Positions 50,606 through 61,073 of a stretch of DNA of 64,000 nucleotides are shown here, piece by piece. Within the stretch, counting starts at the first letter, position 1; each line of letters starts with the position of its first letter. This DNA comes from an uncultured Candidatus Rokubacteria bacterium (GTDB taxonomy: Bacteria > Methylomirabilota > Methylomirabilia > Rokubacteriales > CSP1-6), in the NCBI GenBank assembly GCA_963747235.1, contig CAVVEU010000024.1, positions 448,001 through 512,000 of the forward strand. Reading direction: 5' to 3'. A program made the position numbers and the translations under genes. Under the pieces are notes generated by a model. That model made no database searches. It worked only from the letters and a program-made list of their open reading frames with translations, and was not told where the DNA came from.

Positions 50606-51267
50606 GCCGGGGACTCGCGTACTACCTGGGCGTGTCCTACCGGCGCAAGCGCGTGGATGCCGATCTCGCGGCCGCGTCCGGCCACTTCACCGGACGGGTG
50701 CTGGACGTGGGCGGAGCCCGCCGGCGCGGCGCCTTCCGCCCCCCGCCCGCGGCCCGCTGGGTCGTGGCCGACATCGATCACGCGAACCGGCCCCACGTGG
50801 GGGCCGACGTGCAGGCGCTCCCGTTCCGCGACGGCGCCTTCGACGCGATCAAGGCCACCGAGCTGCTCGAGCACGTGCCGGATGTGGCCCGCGCGCTCGG
50901 CGAGTGCCGGCGCGTGCTGCGTCCCGGCGGGCACCTGGTGATCACCGTGCCTTTCCTGGAGCGCCTGCACGGGGATCCGGGCGACTACTCCCGCTACACG
51001 CGCAGCATGTGGGAGCGCTTGCTCGCCGACGCGGACCTCAAGCCGGTGAGCATCATCGAGCAGGGCGGCTACTTCACGCATCTGGCGGGGATGCTGCGCT
51101 TCCTGGTGCAGCGCGCCCCGCGCCCGCTGCGCTGGGCCGGTTACTGTAGCTTCCCGCTGCTCGATCTTCTGGCGCGTCTCGATGCCTCACCGCGCGCCCG
51201 AGCGTCCGACTTCGCGGCGTTCGTGGGCGGCTATCTCATCGTGGCCGAGCGGCCGCCCGCCTCGTGA
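50602..51267 (+). CDS. Class I SAM-dependent methyltransferase
   Basis: LDVGG, LPFRDGAFD, LLEHV, HGDPGDYSRYT. Confidence 0.88.
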   Translation: MSRGLAYYLGVSYRRKRVDADLAAASGHFTGRVLDVGGARRRGAFRPPPAARWVVADIDHANRPHVGADVQALPFRDGAFDAIKATELLEHVPDVARALGECRRVLRPGGHLVITVPFLERLHGDPGDYSRYTRSMWERLLADADLKPVSIIEQGGYFTHLAGMLRFLVQRAPRPLRWAGYCSFPLLDLLARLDASPRARASDFAAFVGGYLIVAERPPAS

Positions 51268-51274
51268 GACGCGC

Positions 51275-52427
51275 GTGAGGATCTGCTCGCCCCACTGCGG
51301 TATCGCCCCGGAGACCACCTCGGGCGGCGAGACCTACGAGCGGGAGCTGCTGGAACGGCTCGGCCGGGCCGGCGTGCGCCTCGAGATCATCCTGGCCCGC
51401 GGGAAGCCCCACCCGCCGGACGTGCCGAACTGGACCGTTCACCGATTCGGTATCGGCCGGGGCCTGCGCTGGTACGTCGCCCCGTTCGTGGTGCCCGCGG
51501 CCATCCGGCGCGTCCACGAGACGGTAGGCTTCGACTTGCTGCGCGTGCATTCCCTGCGCTACATCGGGCCCTCGGCGCTCGCCGCCCGCCGATGGTACGG
51601 CCTGGACGTCCCCATCGTCTCCCATCACCATCACCTCGATCCGAGCCCGCTCAACCGGCTGATCGAGAAGCGGGTGGTGGACGCGTCCGATCGCGTGGTG
51701 GTGGGCAGCGAGTTCGCGCGACGGCAGCTCCGCGAGGAGCTGGAGGCGCGCACCGACCACGTCTCGGTGGTGTACTACGGCGTGGATCGCGCGCTTCACC
51801 CCGCGGCCGCCGAGCGCGGCGCTGCGCGCCCGCTACGGGCTGACGGGCCGCCGGGTCGTGCTCTTCTTCGGTGGGCTCAAGCCGCGAAAGAACCTGGGAC
51901 TGCTCCTCGAAACCTGGCAGGCTCTCGCGCCCCGGCATCCCGACGCGACCTTGCTCGTCGCGGGCGGCGGCTCGCTGCTGCCCGAGCTCCGGGCCCTCAC
52001 GAGCCGGCTCGGGCTGGACGGCCGGGTGGTGTTCACCGGCTACGTCGCGGAAGCCGAGAAGCCCGAGCACTTCAACCTGGGCGACGTGTTCTTCTTCCCC
52101 TCCGCGATGGAAGGCTTCGGGCTCACGGTGGCGGAGGCCATGTCCTCGGGCCTGCCGGTGGTCGCCTCCAACCGCGGATCCATTCCCGAGCTGGTGGTGG
52201 ACGGCGAGGGCGGCTTCGTCTGCGACCCGGCCGGCCCCGGCCCCTTCGTGGAGAAGCTGTCGCGGATCCTGGGAGACCAGTCCCTCGGGGAGAAGCTCGG
52301 CGGGGCCAACCGCGAGCGGGTCGAGCGGATGTTCCGCTGGGAGCGCTGCGTGGACGGCACGCGCCGGGTCTACGAGACCGCGCTCGAGGAATGGCGTCGA
52401 CGCGGAGCGGGGAAGGGTGTCCGATGA
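51275..52427 (+). CDS. GT4 glycosyltransferase (frameshift ~51800)
   Basis: SGGETYE, KPRKNL, PSAMEGFGLTVAEAM. Confidence 0.9.
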
Positions 52428-53212
52428 ACGGCCTGCAGCGCTTGCTGGTCCGCGGCGTGGACCTGGTCAACCGGCGCGGCAAGTCGGTGGGCGTGCGGCT
52501 GGTGAAGCTGACCGGCAAACGGCCGTACGCGATCCATCCCAAGCACCTGGTCGAACAGCCGTGGCACGACTGGTACCTGCCGCACCTCGATCGGGGAGAC
52601 TTCGTGCTGGACGTGGGCTGCAGCAACGGCGCACATCTGGTGCGCGCGGCCACCGCGTGCCGCTCCATCGTCGGCTTCGACTACGATCTGCCCCAGCTCG
52701 CGATCGCGGGCCGGACTATTCGAGAGACGGCACTCCCTCGGGCCCGCGTGCTCGCCTGGGACATCACGGGCGCGTTCCCGTTTCCCGACCGCACCTTCGA
52801 GAAGGCGCTCTTCCTCGACGTGATCGAGCACCTGGTTCCGCGGGTCGCGGTCCTGCGGGAGATCCGCCGGGTGCTGAAGGACGACGGGCGCCTGCTCGTC
52901 TCCGGCCCGAACCGGGAGAACTCCTGGCGCCGCACCCTGCGGGCGGCCGGGCTCTTCTCGTACTCCGACCCCGACCACAAGATCGAGTACACCCGTGAGG
53001 AATTCCTCGCCGAGCTCCGCGAGGCGGGCTTTGAGCCGGAAGGCGGGGTGATGCCGGTGGTGCTCGACACCCCCTGGGCCGGCGTCATCGACGCGGTGGG
53101 CGGCGTCTCGCTCTCCCTCTACGATCGCCTCAGCCGCTGGAAGCGGGAGGCCGCGCTCCGGCGTCCCGAGGAGAGCACGGGCTTCCGCGTCGTGGCCAGG
53201 AAGCGGTCCTGA
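52424..53212 (+). CDS. Class I SAM-dependent methyltransferase
   Basis: LDVGCSNG, FPFPDRTFE, DVIEHL, DPDHKIEY. Confidence 0.88.
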   Translation: MNGLQRLLVRGVDLVNRRGKSVGVRLVKLTGKRPYAIHPKHLVEQPWHDWYLPHLDRGDFVLDVGCSNGAHLVRAATACRSIVGFDYDLPQLAIAGRTIRETALPRARVLAWDITGAFPFPDRTFEKALFLDVIEHLVPRVAVLREIRRVLKDDGRLLVSGPNRENSWRRTLRAAGLFSYSDPDHKIEYTREEFLAELREAGFEPEGGVMPVVLDTPWAGVIDAVGGVSLSLYDRLSRWKREAALRRPEESTGFRVVARKRS

Positions 53213-54321
53213 TGCGGGTGGGCCTGCTGCCGGCCCTGGGCGGCGGCATCCGCGCGCTGGCCCAGAGCGGACAGCAGTCGCGCCTCCTCGACGGCTACTT
53301 CCGCCCGTACCTGCGCGCGTTCGACGGGCTCGACTACTTCAGCTACCTGCCGGAGTCCCTCGCGGAGTTCACCGACGACCCGATGCTGCGGGAGCGCGTG
53401 CGGGTTCTTGCTCCACCGGGTCCGGCGGCTCGCGGCTGCCGGGCGGTGCAGATCCCGTTCGCGCACGCGGCCGAGATGCGGCAGTGCGCCGCGCTGCGGG
53501 TGTTCCAGATCACCGGCGTCATTCCGGCGTTGATCGCACGGCGCCGCTTCGGCATCCCGTACGTGACGACGTACGGCTTCTGGTACGCGGAGCTCTCCCA
53601 GCCCGGGCCGAAACGGGCGTTGAAGGGCCTCGTGGAGCGCCTGGGCCTCAAGCACGCGGCGGCGGTCATCGTCACCACACCCGACCTGGCCGCGCGGGCC
53701 TCGCGGCTGGCCAGGCGGGTGGAGCTGATCCCGAACGGGGTGGACACCACCCTGTTCCGGCCGGCGGCGAGCCCATCCCTCGACAAGCCGAAGCGCATCC
53801 TCTACGTGGGCCGGCTCTCCGCGGAGAAGAATCTCCGGGCCGTCGTCACGGCAACCAGCTACGTGGGCGATGATGTCAAGACGGTGATGGTGGGTTCCGG
53901 CGTACTCAAGGACGAACTGGAAGCCCAGGCGCGAGAGACGGGCGTCGCGGTCGAGTTTCCCGGGGTGGTGGACCAGCGCCAGCTCCCCGACGTGTACGCC
54001 ACCGCCGACATCTTCGTTCTCGCGTCCTTCACCGAAGGGCATCCCAAGGTGCTGCTGGAGGCGATGGCCTGCGGGGTGCCCTGCGTTGCCTCCAACTGCG
54101 CGGGTAACCGCTCTCTCGTCACGCACGAGCGCACCGGCCTCCTCTTCGATCCGCACGAGCCGAGGGATCTGGCGCGATGTCTGGAGCGCATCCTCAAGGA
54201 TCCGGCCCTCGGCCGGCGGCTCGCCGATACCGCGCGCGCCGAGGTCGTCGCCCGCTACGACCTGCGCGCGCTGGTCGAGCGCGAGATCGCCCTGGTCCGG
54301 CAGGTGGCGACGGGGAGCTGA
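53212..54321 (+). CDS. GT4 glycosyltransferase
   Basis: IPNGVD, VGRLSAEKN, SFTEGHPKVLLEAM. Confidence 0.92.
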   Translation: MRVGLLPALGGGIRALAQSGQQSRLLDGYFRPYLRAFDGLDYFSYLPESLAEFTDDPMLRERVRVLAPPGPAARGCRAVQIPFAHAAEMRQCAALRVFQITGVIPALIARRRFGIPYVTTYGFWYAELSQPGPKRALKGLVERLGLKHAAAVIVTTPDLAARASRLARRVELIPNGVDTTLFRPAASPSLDKPKRILYVGRLSAEKNLRAVVTATSYVGDDVKTVMVGSGVLKDELEAQARETGVAVEFPGVVDQRQLPDVYATADIFVLASFTEGHPKVLLEAMACGVPCVASNCAGNRSLVTHERTGLLFDPHEPRDLARCLERILKDPALGRRLADTARAEVVARYDLRALVEREIALVRQVATGS

Positions 54322-54324
54322 GCC

Positions 54325-55140
54325 ATCCCGCTCGCGTACTACTCGCGCTCGGCCACGACCGAGTTCTGGACCGAGCACTGGGGCGGTCACACCGTGGAGG
54401 AGCTGCTCCGGATCGCGCGCGAGTCGCCGCTGACCGAGCTGATCGAGCGGCACCTTCCCGCGACGGGCCGGGTGCTCGAGGCGGGCTGCGGTCTTGGCCA
54501 GTACGTGCTGCTGCTCCGTGAGCGGGGCCGCGCCGCCCTGGGCGCCGACTGGAGCCTCGAAGCCCTGCGGGCCGGCGCGCGCGCCGGCGCCCCGGTCTCG
54601 GTCATGGACCTGCGCGCCCTGGCCGTCGCCACCGGCGCCATCGCGGCGTATCTGTCCCTGGGCGTTGTCGAGCACGACCCCGACGGCCCCGACGCGATCC
54701 TGATGGAGGCCGCGCGCGTGGTGCCCCCGGGCGGGTGGCTGCTGCTCTCGGTGCCCTACTGGAACGGGCTGCGCCGGCTCGGCGCGCCGTATCTGCGCCG
54801 CCAGGCCCGGCTCACTCGCGCGGCCGGCGGCCAGTTCTACCAGTACGCGTTCACCCGGCGCGAGCTGGGGCAGCGCCTGGCCGCCCATGGCTTCACGGTT
54901 CGATCGTTCCATCCCTACGATCCGGCGCGAGTCCTTCGCAAGGCGCTCCGAGGTCTCCGCGGCGGCGGGCCGCGTCCCTCGCGCGCGGCGCCGGGGGCCG
55001 GCGGCGCTCCCGGGTCGGCCTCCACCGCTCGGCGCGCCCCGCGTCCGGCGTGGCGGCGCGCCGCGCGCGCGCTGCTGTACTCCGGGCCCGCGCTCCGGCT
55101 CTTCGGCCACATGCTCCTCGCGGTCGCGGTGCGGCGGTAG
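54325..55140 (+). CDS. Class I SAM-dependent methyltransferase
   Basis: LEAGCGLG, SLGVVEH, FYQYAF; start is ATC 54325 or GTG 54394. Confidence 0.85.
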   Translation: MPLAYYSRSATTEFWTEHWGGHTVEELLRIARESPLTELIERHLPATGRVLEAGCGLGQYVLLLRERGRAALGADWSLEALRAGARAGAPVSVMDLRALAVATGAIAAYLSLGVVEHDPDGPDAILMEAARVVPPGGWLLLSVPYWNGLRRLGAPYLRRQARLTRAAGGQFYQYAFTRRELGQRLAAHGFTVRSFHPYDPARVLRKALRGLRGGGPRPSRAAPGAGGAPGSASTARRAPRPAWRRAARALLYSGPALRLFGHMLLAVAVRR

Positions 55141-55145
55141 CCGGT

Positions 55146-55154
55146 TGCTATACT
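55146..55154 (+). promoter_or_regulatory. Extended -10 element TGc TATACT, leaderless-type
   Basis: 7 nt before ATG 55162; no SD. Confidence 0.6.
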
Positions 55155-55161
55155 GCTCGCG

Positions 55162-56104
55162 ATGAGCGAGCCGTCCTTCCATCTGGCGGACCTCGGGGAC
55201 CGGCGCGTGCTCACGGTGGACGGGCGGGCGCACGAGACCCGCTACAGCGCGCGCGTGGTCCGGCTGCTGGTCGAGCGCAAGGGGGCCCGCCGCGCCCCGC
55301 TCTACTTCCCGTTCAAGGAGGAGCGCGCCCGGCTCTTCCTGGATCCGCTCCTGCGCTACCTGCGCGGACGTGGCGCGCGCGATCTCTCGGTCCTCGAGGT
55401 CGGCGCCTCCTTCGGCCACATGACCGAGTACCTGGCCGAGCAGCCCGAGATCGCGGAGATCCATTGCTTCGACACGGATCCGGCGTTCGTGGACATCGTG
55501 CGCGCCAAGGTCGAGGAGCAGGATCTCCGGACGGTCAAGGAGGTCCGGCTCTTCGGCAACGACGAGACGCGGCGGCTACCGTGGCCCGACGGCCGTTTCG
55601 ATCTCGTTCTGGTCGTCGGGGTAGTGGAGCACCTGCCGCCGCGCAACCGCCGTGCCCAGGTGGACGAGTACTACCGGGTGCTCGCGCCCGGCGGCCACAT
55701 CGCCATCCTCGACACGCCCAATCGCCTGTTCCCGCTCGAGACGCATTCGATCGGCCTGCCGCTCGTGCAGTGGCTACCGCCCCGGCTCGCCTACGCCTAC
55801 GCGCGCCTGGCCCGCCCGCGGAAGTTCGGCGCGGTCGAGCTACGAGAGCTTCGTCGCCGACGGCACCGGGTGGCGCAACGCCACGCTGGCCGACTGCCTG
55901 CCCTCCGGTGGCCCGAAGGGGCTGGTCGATGTCACCGAGGCGGCGGGCTACGGCTGGCGCTTCTTCCGCGACACCCCTGGGACCCGCCCCCGCCGGCGCG
56001 CCCTGCTGAGGCTCCTGGCCGGGCCCGCGGCGGTGCTCCGGCTGGCCGGCCGCTCGCCCTCGCTCTGCTTGCCCTACTTCAACCTGCTGTTCCAGAAGCT
56101 GTGA
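55162..56104 (+). CDS. Class I SAM-dependent methyltransferase (frameshift ~55845)
   Basis: LEVGASFG, LPWPDGRFD, VVEHL, TPNRLFPLETH. Confidence 0.85.
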
Positions 56105-56979
56105 TCCGCATCGAGATCGGGCGGCGCAACTATCTCCTGTACCTGCTGCTGCCGCACCGGCTCAAGTCGCGCCTGCTCACGCCCGCCTCGCGCGCCAAGC
56201 TCGACCGCATCAATCGCGCGTTCAACGAGACGATCTACTCCGGCGCCGGGGCGAGCGCCTACGACCAGATCCACCGCTATGCGGAGGACGAGCAGCACGA
56301 GTATCCGGCGCGCCCGCTCGTATCGGAGATCTGGCCCGAGGGCGGCTACGGCCGCGCGCTCGAGGTGGGGGCGGGGAGCGGCTACTTCACGACCCTGATC
56401 GCCCGACACGCCCGCAGCGTGATCGCGCTCGAGCCGGTGGCCGACATGCAGGAGGTGCTGAAGGCGCGCTGCCGGGCCGAAGGCGTGGACAACGTCGAGG
56501 TGCTGGGCGTCCCCGCGGCCGAGCTGCCCGCGGTCGTGCCCGCGGCGTCGGTGGACACCGCCTTCATCATCCAGAGCCTGCACCACCTGCACGATCGGGA
56601 CCGGGTCTTCGAGGCCCTCGGGCGGATCGTGCGGCCGGGCGGCCGCCTCCTGATGGTCGAGCCCCACCACAATCTGCGGCGCGCGGCCCGTCTCTTCCGG
56701 AAATACCTCGACGAGTACCGCGCGCGCGCGTGGTGGTCCAACGAGGGGAACTGGGCGACGCACGATTTCCTGACGCGGGGCGAGCTCCGCGCGCTGTGCC
56801 GGATCGGCGGCTTCGAGACGCCGCGCTTCTCCGGCTACTGGATTCCGTACTCGCGGCGGCTGATCCGGGATCCCGAGCGGCGCTTCCTCTTCGAACGACG
56901 GATCGGGCGCTGGCCCGTCGTCCGTCACTGGGCGGCGGTGCTCGCCGTCGAGGCGCGCCGCGGGTCCGTGGAGCGATAG
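56101..56979 (+). CDS. Class I SAM-dependent methyltransferase
   Basis: LEVGAGSG, SLHHL, RPGGRLLMVEP. Confidence 0.85.
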   Translation: MIRIEIGRRNYLLYLLLPHRLKSRLLTPASRAKLDRINRAFNETIYSGAGASAYDQIHRYAEDEQHEYPARPLVSEIWPEGGYGRALEVGAGSGYFTTLIARHARSVIALEPVADMQEVLKARCRAEGVDNVEVLGVPAAELPAVVPAASVDTAFIIQSLHHLHDRDRVFEALGRIVRPGGRLLMVEPHHNLRRAARLFRKYLDEYRARAWWSNEGNWATHDFLTRGELRALCRIGGFETPRFSGYWIPYSRRLIRDPERRFLFERRIGRWPVVRHWAAVLAVEARRGSVER

Positions 56980-57774
56980 TGGCCGCGCCCGCGGTGTCCG
57001 TCCTGATGGGCGTCCGCGACGGGGCCGCCTGGATCTCCCGGGCGATCGCGAGCGTGCTGACCCAGACGCTCACGGATCTCGAGCTCATCGTGGTGGACGA
57101 CGGCTCCACCGACGCCACGGCCGCGCTCCTGTCCGGCGTGCGCGATCCCCGGCTCGTGGTGGAGCGACAGGCCCCGGCCGGGCTCACCGTCGCGCTCAAC
57201 CGGGCGCTCGGGCGCGCGCGAGCTCCGCTCATCGCCCGTCTCGACGCCGACGACGTGGCGTTGCCCGCCCGGCTCGAGCGGCAGCGCGCCTTCCTCCAGG
57301 GGCACCCGGAGGTGGGCCTGCTGGGCACCGCCGCGCGGGTGGTGGACGCAGTCCGAGCGCGACGTGGAGATCACCCGGCCCCCCGAGGGCGACCTCGCCA
57401 TCCGCCGCGCGCTGATTCGCCGCAATCCTTTCGTGCACTCCTCGGTGATGGCGCGGCGGGCGCTCGTCGCGTCGGTCGGTGGCTACGACGTGTCCTTCGC
57501 GGTGGCGCAGGACTACGACCTCTGGCTACGGCTGAGCGCGATCACCCGCATGGCGAATCTGGCTGAGCCGCTCGTCGTCCGCCATCTGGTCGCGGGGCGG
57601 GTGACCGCGGCGCGCGACGACGAGCGGCTCCGCGCCGAGGCCCGGGCGCGATGGCACGCGGTGCGCGCGGGCGCGTATCCGCCGTGGGGCGCGCTCTTCG
57701 CGCTGCGCCCGCTGCTGGCCCTGGCCGTGCCCGGCGCGCTGCGCGGGCCCCTGCGCCGCGCCCTCGGCCGCTGA
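56979..57774 (+). CDS. GT2 glycosyltransferase (frameshift ~57350)
   Basis: VSVLM, VDDGSTD, ARLDADD, HSSVM, AQDYDLW. Confidence 0.9.
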
Positions 57775-57775
57775 C

Positions 57776-58919
57776 GTGGCCGAGCCCGTACGGGTGCTCG
57801 AGCTGCTGGTCTCGACCGACCTGGGCGGCGGCCCCGCGCACGTCCGCGATCTGATCGCGGGACTGGCCGGGCCGGAATTCCGGTTCACCGTCGGCGGGCC
57901 CGCGGGCGGCGCGCTCCTCCCCGCGCTCACCGCTGCTGGCGCCGACTTCGAGCCGATCGCGGCCGACCGCCTCTCCCCGGGCGCGCTGCGCGACACGATC
58001 CGGCTCGCGCGGGCACGCCGGATCCAGGTCATCCACTCCCACGGCAAGGGCGCCGGGCTCTACGGCCGCATCGCGGCCCGCCTGACCGGCGCGGCCTCCA
58101 TCCATACGTTCCACGGGATCCATCTGGCGGCCTACGGCGGCCTGTACCTCCGGCTGGAGCGCGCGCTCGCGCGATCGAGCTTCGCGGTGGTCCACGTATC
58201 CGAGAGCCAGGCCGCCGAGGCCCGCGCGCTCGGGCTGGCGCCGGCCGGCCGGACGCGCGTCATCGTGAACGGGATCGACGCCGGCTCCGTCCGGGCCACC
58301 GCGGTACGGGCTCCGATGTCCCGGGCGGAGCTGGGGCTCGAGCCCGACGCGCTCGTGCTCGCCACCATCGCCCGCTTCGACCCGGTCAAGCGTCTCGAGG
58401 TGCTTCTGCGCGCGCTGCCGCTCCTCGTGGCGCGAGTGCCCGAGGCGCAGCTCCTGATCGTGGGCGACGGCCCGGAGCGGAACGCGCTCCAGGCGCTCGC
58501 CCGGACGCTCGGGGTGGGGGACCGCGTCGTGTTCGCGGGCGCCATCCCGGACGCGTCGCGCGTGCTCCCGATCGTCGATCTCTACGTCACCGCGTCGCGC
58601 CGTGAGGGTCTGCCCCTGGCGGTGCTCGAGGCCATGGCGTGCGGACTGCCGGTGCTGGCGACCGAGGCGCCGGGCCACGTGGACGCCGTCGAGGCCGGAG
58701 GTGACGGGCCGGCTCGTGCCGCTCGACGACGCGCCGGGTCTGGCCACGGAGGCGGGGCGGCTCCTTCGCGATCCGGCGCTCCGAGCGCGCATGGGGCGGG
58801 CGGGGCGCGACCGGGTGGAGCAGCGCTTCTCGCGCGCCCGCATGGTCGAGGAGATCGCGGCTCTCTACCGCGAGGCGGTGGGTTTTCCTTCGGGGGGCCC
58901 ATCGACCCGTAGCGTATAA
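57776..58919 (+). CDS. GT4 glycosyltransferase (frameshift ~58695)
   Basis: LGGGPAH, IVNGID, SRREGLPLAVLEAM; C-terminus in ORF 58602..58919. Confidence 0.9.
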
Positions 58920-58920
58920 T
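58915..58920 (+). promoter_or_regulatory. Consensus -10 element TATAAT, leaderless-type
   Basis: 7 nt before ATG 58928. Confidence 0.55.
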
Positions 58921-58927
58921 CGCGGAA

Positions 58928-59896
58928 ATGCAGCTCTTGATCACCGGCATCACCGGCTTCGTGGGCAGCTACATGGCGGAGCACGCCCTGGCCCAGGGGG
59001 CCGAGGTGTTCGGATCCATCCGCTGGCGCAGCAAGACCGACAACATCGACCATCTCCGGTCCAAGGTCACGCTCATCGAGTCCGATCTTCGCGACCTTTC
59101 CTCGGTGCGCAACCTGCTCGAGACCGCCAACCCCACGCACGTGATCCACCTGGCCGCCCAGAGCTTCGTCCACGCGTCGTGGAAGACGCCGGCCGAGACC
59201 CTCACCACGAATATCCTGTCGCAGGTGAACCTCCTGGAAGGCCTGCGCGGCCTCAAGATGTCGCCGCGCTTCCTCGTCGTCGGCAGCAGCGAGGAGTACG
59301 GGCTGGTTGCGGACGACGAGCTGCCCATCAAGGAGACGAATCCGCTGCGGCCGCTCAGCCCTTACGCGGTGAGCAAGGTCGGCCAGGACCTGATGGGCTA
59401 CCAGTACTGGAAGAGCTACGGCATGCCGATCGTCCGGACCCGCGCCTTCAACCACGAGGGGCCCCGCCGCGGCGACGTGTTCGTCACGTCGAACTTCGCG
59501 CGGCAGGTCGCCGAGATCGAGGCCGGGCTGCGCGATCCGGTGATCTTCGTGGGCGACCTCACGCCCCGGCGCGACTACTCCGACGTCCGCGACATCGTGC
59601 GCGGCTACTGGACGCTCCTCGAGCGGGGCGAGCCGGGCGAGGTGTACAACCTTTGCTCCGGGCGGTCGTGGGCGATCCAGCAGGTGCTCGATTTCCTGCT
59701 CGAGCAGTCCCGCGTCAAGGACATCAAGGTCCAGGTGGATCCCGCCGTCTGCGCCCCTCCGACGTCATGGTGCTCGAAGGGCGATCCCTCGAAGATCGAG
59801 AAGGCGACCGGCTGGAAGGTGGAGATTCCATTCGAGCGCACGCTGAAGGACCTGCTCGCCTACTGGCGGCAGCGGACCTGGTCGTCCTCGCGCTGA
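58928..59896 (+). CDS. GDP-mannose 4,6-dehydratase / GDP-4-keto-6-deoxyhexose reductase (Gmd/Rmd-like)
   Basis: TGITGFVG, HLAAQSFV, GSSEEYG, SPYAVSK, RAFNHEGPRR. Confidence 0.88.
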   Translation: MQLLITGITGFVGSYMAEHALAQGAEVFGSIRWRSKTDNIDHLRSKVTLIESDLRDLSSVRNLLETANPTHVIHLAAQSFVHASWKTPAETLTTNILSQVNLLEGLRGLKMSPRFLVVGSSEEYGLVADDELPIKETNPLRPLSPYAVSKVGQDLMGYQYWKSYGMPIVRTRAFNHEGPRRGDVFVTSNFARQVAEIEAGLRDPVIFVGDLTPRRDYSDVRDIVRGYWTLLERGEPGEVYNLCSGRSWAIQQVLDFLLEQSRVKDIKVQVDPAVCAPPTSWCSKGDPSKIEKATGWKVEIPFERTLKDLLAYWRQRTWSSSR

Positions 59897-59918
59897 CGAG
59901 GTCGGGAAGGGCTGCTCG

Positions 59919-61073
59919 ATGGCCGCGGCAGGATCCGTGCCGGAGCTAGCGAAGGCGAAGGTCGCGCTCGTCCACGACTGGCTCACCGGCATGCGCGGCG
60001 GCGAGCGCTGCCTCGAGGTCTTCTGCGAGCTGTTCCCCGCCGCCGACCTCTACACGCTCCTCCACGTGCCCGGCTCCGTCTCCCCCGCGATCGAGAACCG
60101 CCGGATCGTCACCTCGTTCATCCAGCGGCTGCCCCAGGCCGAGCGGCGCTACCGGCACTACCTGCCGCTCTTCCCGGCCGCGGTGCGCGCCTTCGACCTG
60201 CGCGGCTACGACCTCGTGCTCTCGTCCAGCCACGCGGTGGCCAAGAGCGTGCGTGTTCCCGCGGCGGCGCTCCACGTCTGCTACTGCTTCACCCCGATGC
60301 GCTACGTGTGGGACCTCTACGACGACTACTTCGGGCCGCGATCCGGCCTGGCCGCGCGCGTCCTGATGCCGCCGGTGGCGGCGTGGCTGCGGCGCTGGGA
60401 CCGGCGGACGGCGGCGGGCGTCGACCAGTTCGTGGCGATCTCGCGCTTCGTGGCCGACCGCATCCGCCGTGTCTACGGCCGCGACGCGGACGTCATCTAC
60501 CCGCCGGTGGACGTCTCGCGCTTCCGCGTGGACGAGGCGCCGGGGGAGTTCTATCTGGTCGTCTCGGCCCTGACCCCGTACAAGCGGGTGGACCTGGCGG
60601 TGGAGGCGTGCAACCGGCTCGGGCGGCGCCTGGTGGTCGTGGGGACCGGGCCCGAGGACCGCCGGCTGCGGGCCCTGGCCGGGCCCACCGTGGAGCTCCT
60701 GGGCTGGCGCGACGACGCGCAGACCGCGGAGCTCTACGCGCGCTGCCGGGCCCTGCTCTTCCCGCCCCTCGAGGACTTCGGCATCACGCCGCTCGAGGCG
60801 ATGGCGGCGGGGCGGCCGGTCATCGCCTTCGGCGAGGGGGGCGCCCGCGAGACGGTGGTGCCGCCCGGGGAAGGGGAGCCGCCGACCGGGCTCTTCTTCG
60901 AGCGCCAGACGGTCGAGGATCTCGTCGACGCCATCCGGCGCTTCGAGGCCTCCGCGCAGCAGTTCGAGCCCAAGGCCCTGCGCCGGCGCGCCGAGGCCTT
61001 CGACCGCCCGATCTTCCGCGAGCGGATGCACGCGTACCTGCGGGCGCGGGTGGAGGCGTCGACCCGATGCTGA
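59919..61073 (+). CDS. GT4 glycosyltransferase
   Basis: VHDWLTGMRGGE, CFTPMRYVWD, EDFGITPLEAMA. Confidence 0.92.
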   Translation: MAAAGSVPELAKAKVALVHDWLTGMRGGERCLEVFCELFPAADLYTLLHVPGSVSPAIENRRIVTSFIQRLPQAERRYRHYLPLFPAAVRAFDLRGYDLVLSSSHAVAKSVRVPAAALHVCYCFTPMRYVWDLYDDYFGPRSGLAARVLMPPVAAWLRRWDRRTAAGVDQFVAISRFVADRIRRVYGRDADVIYPPVDVSRFRVDEAPGEFYLVVSALTPYKRVDLAVEACNRLGRRLVVVGTGPEDRRLRALAGPTVELLGWRDDAQTAELYARCRALLFPPLEDFGITPLEAMAAGRPVIAFGEGGARETVVPPGEGEPPTGLFFERQTVEDLVDAIRRFEASAQQFEPKALRRRAEAFDRPIFRERMHAYLRARVEASTRC

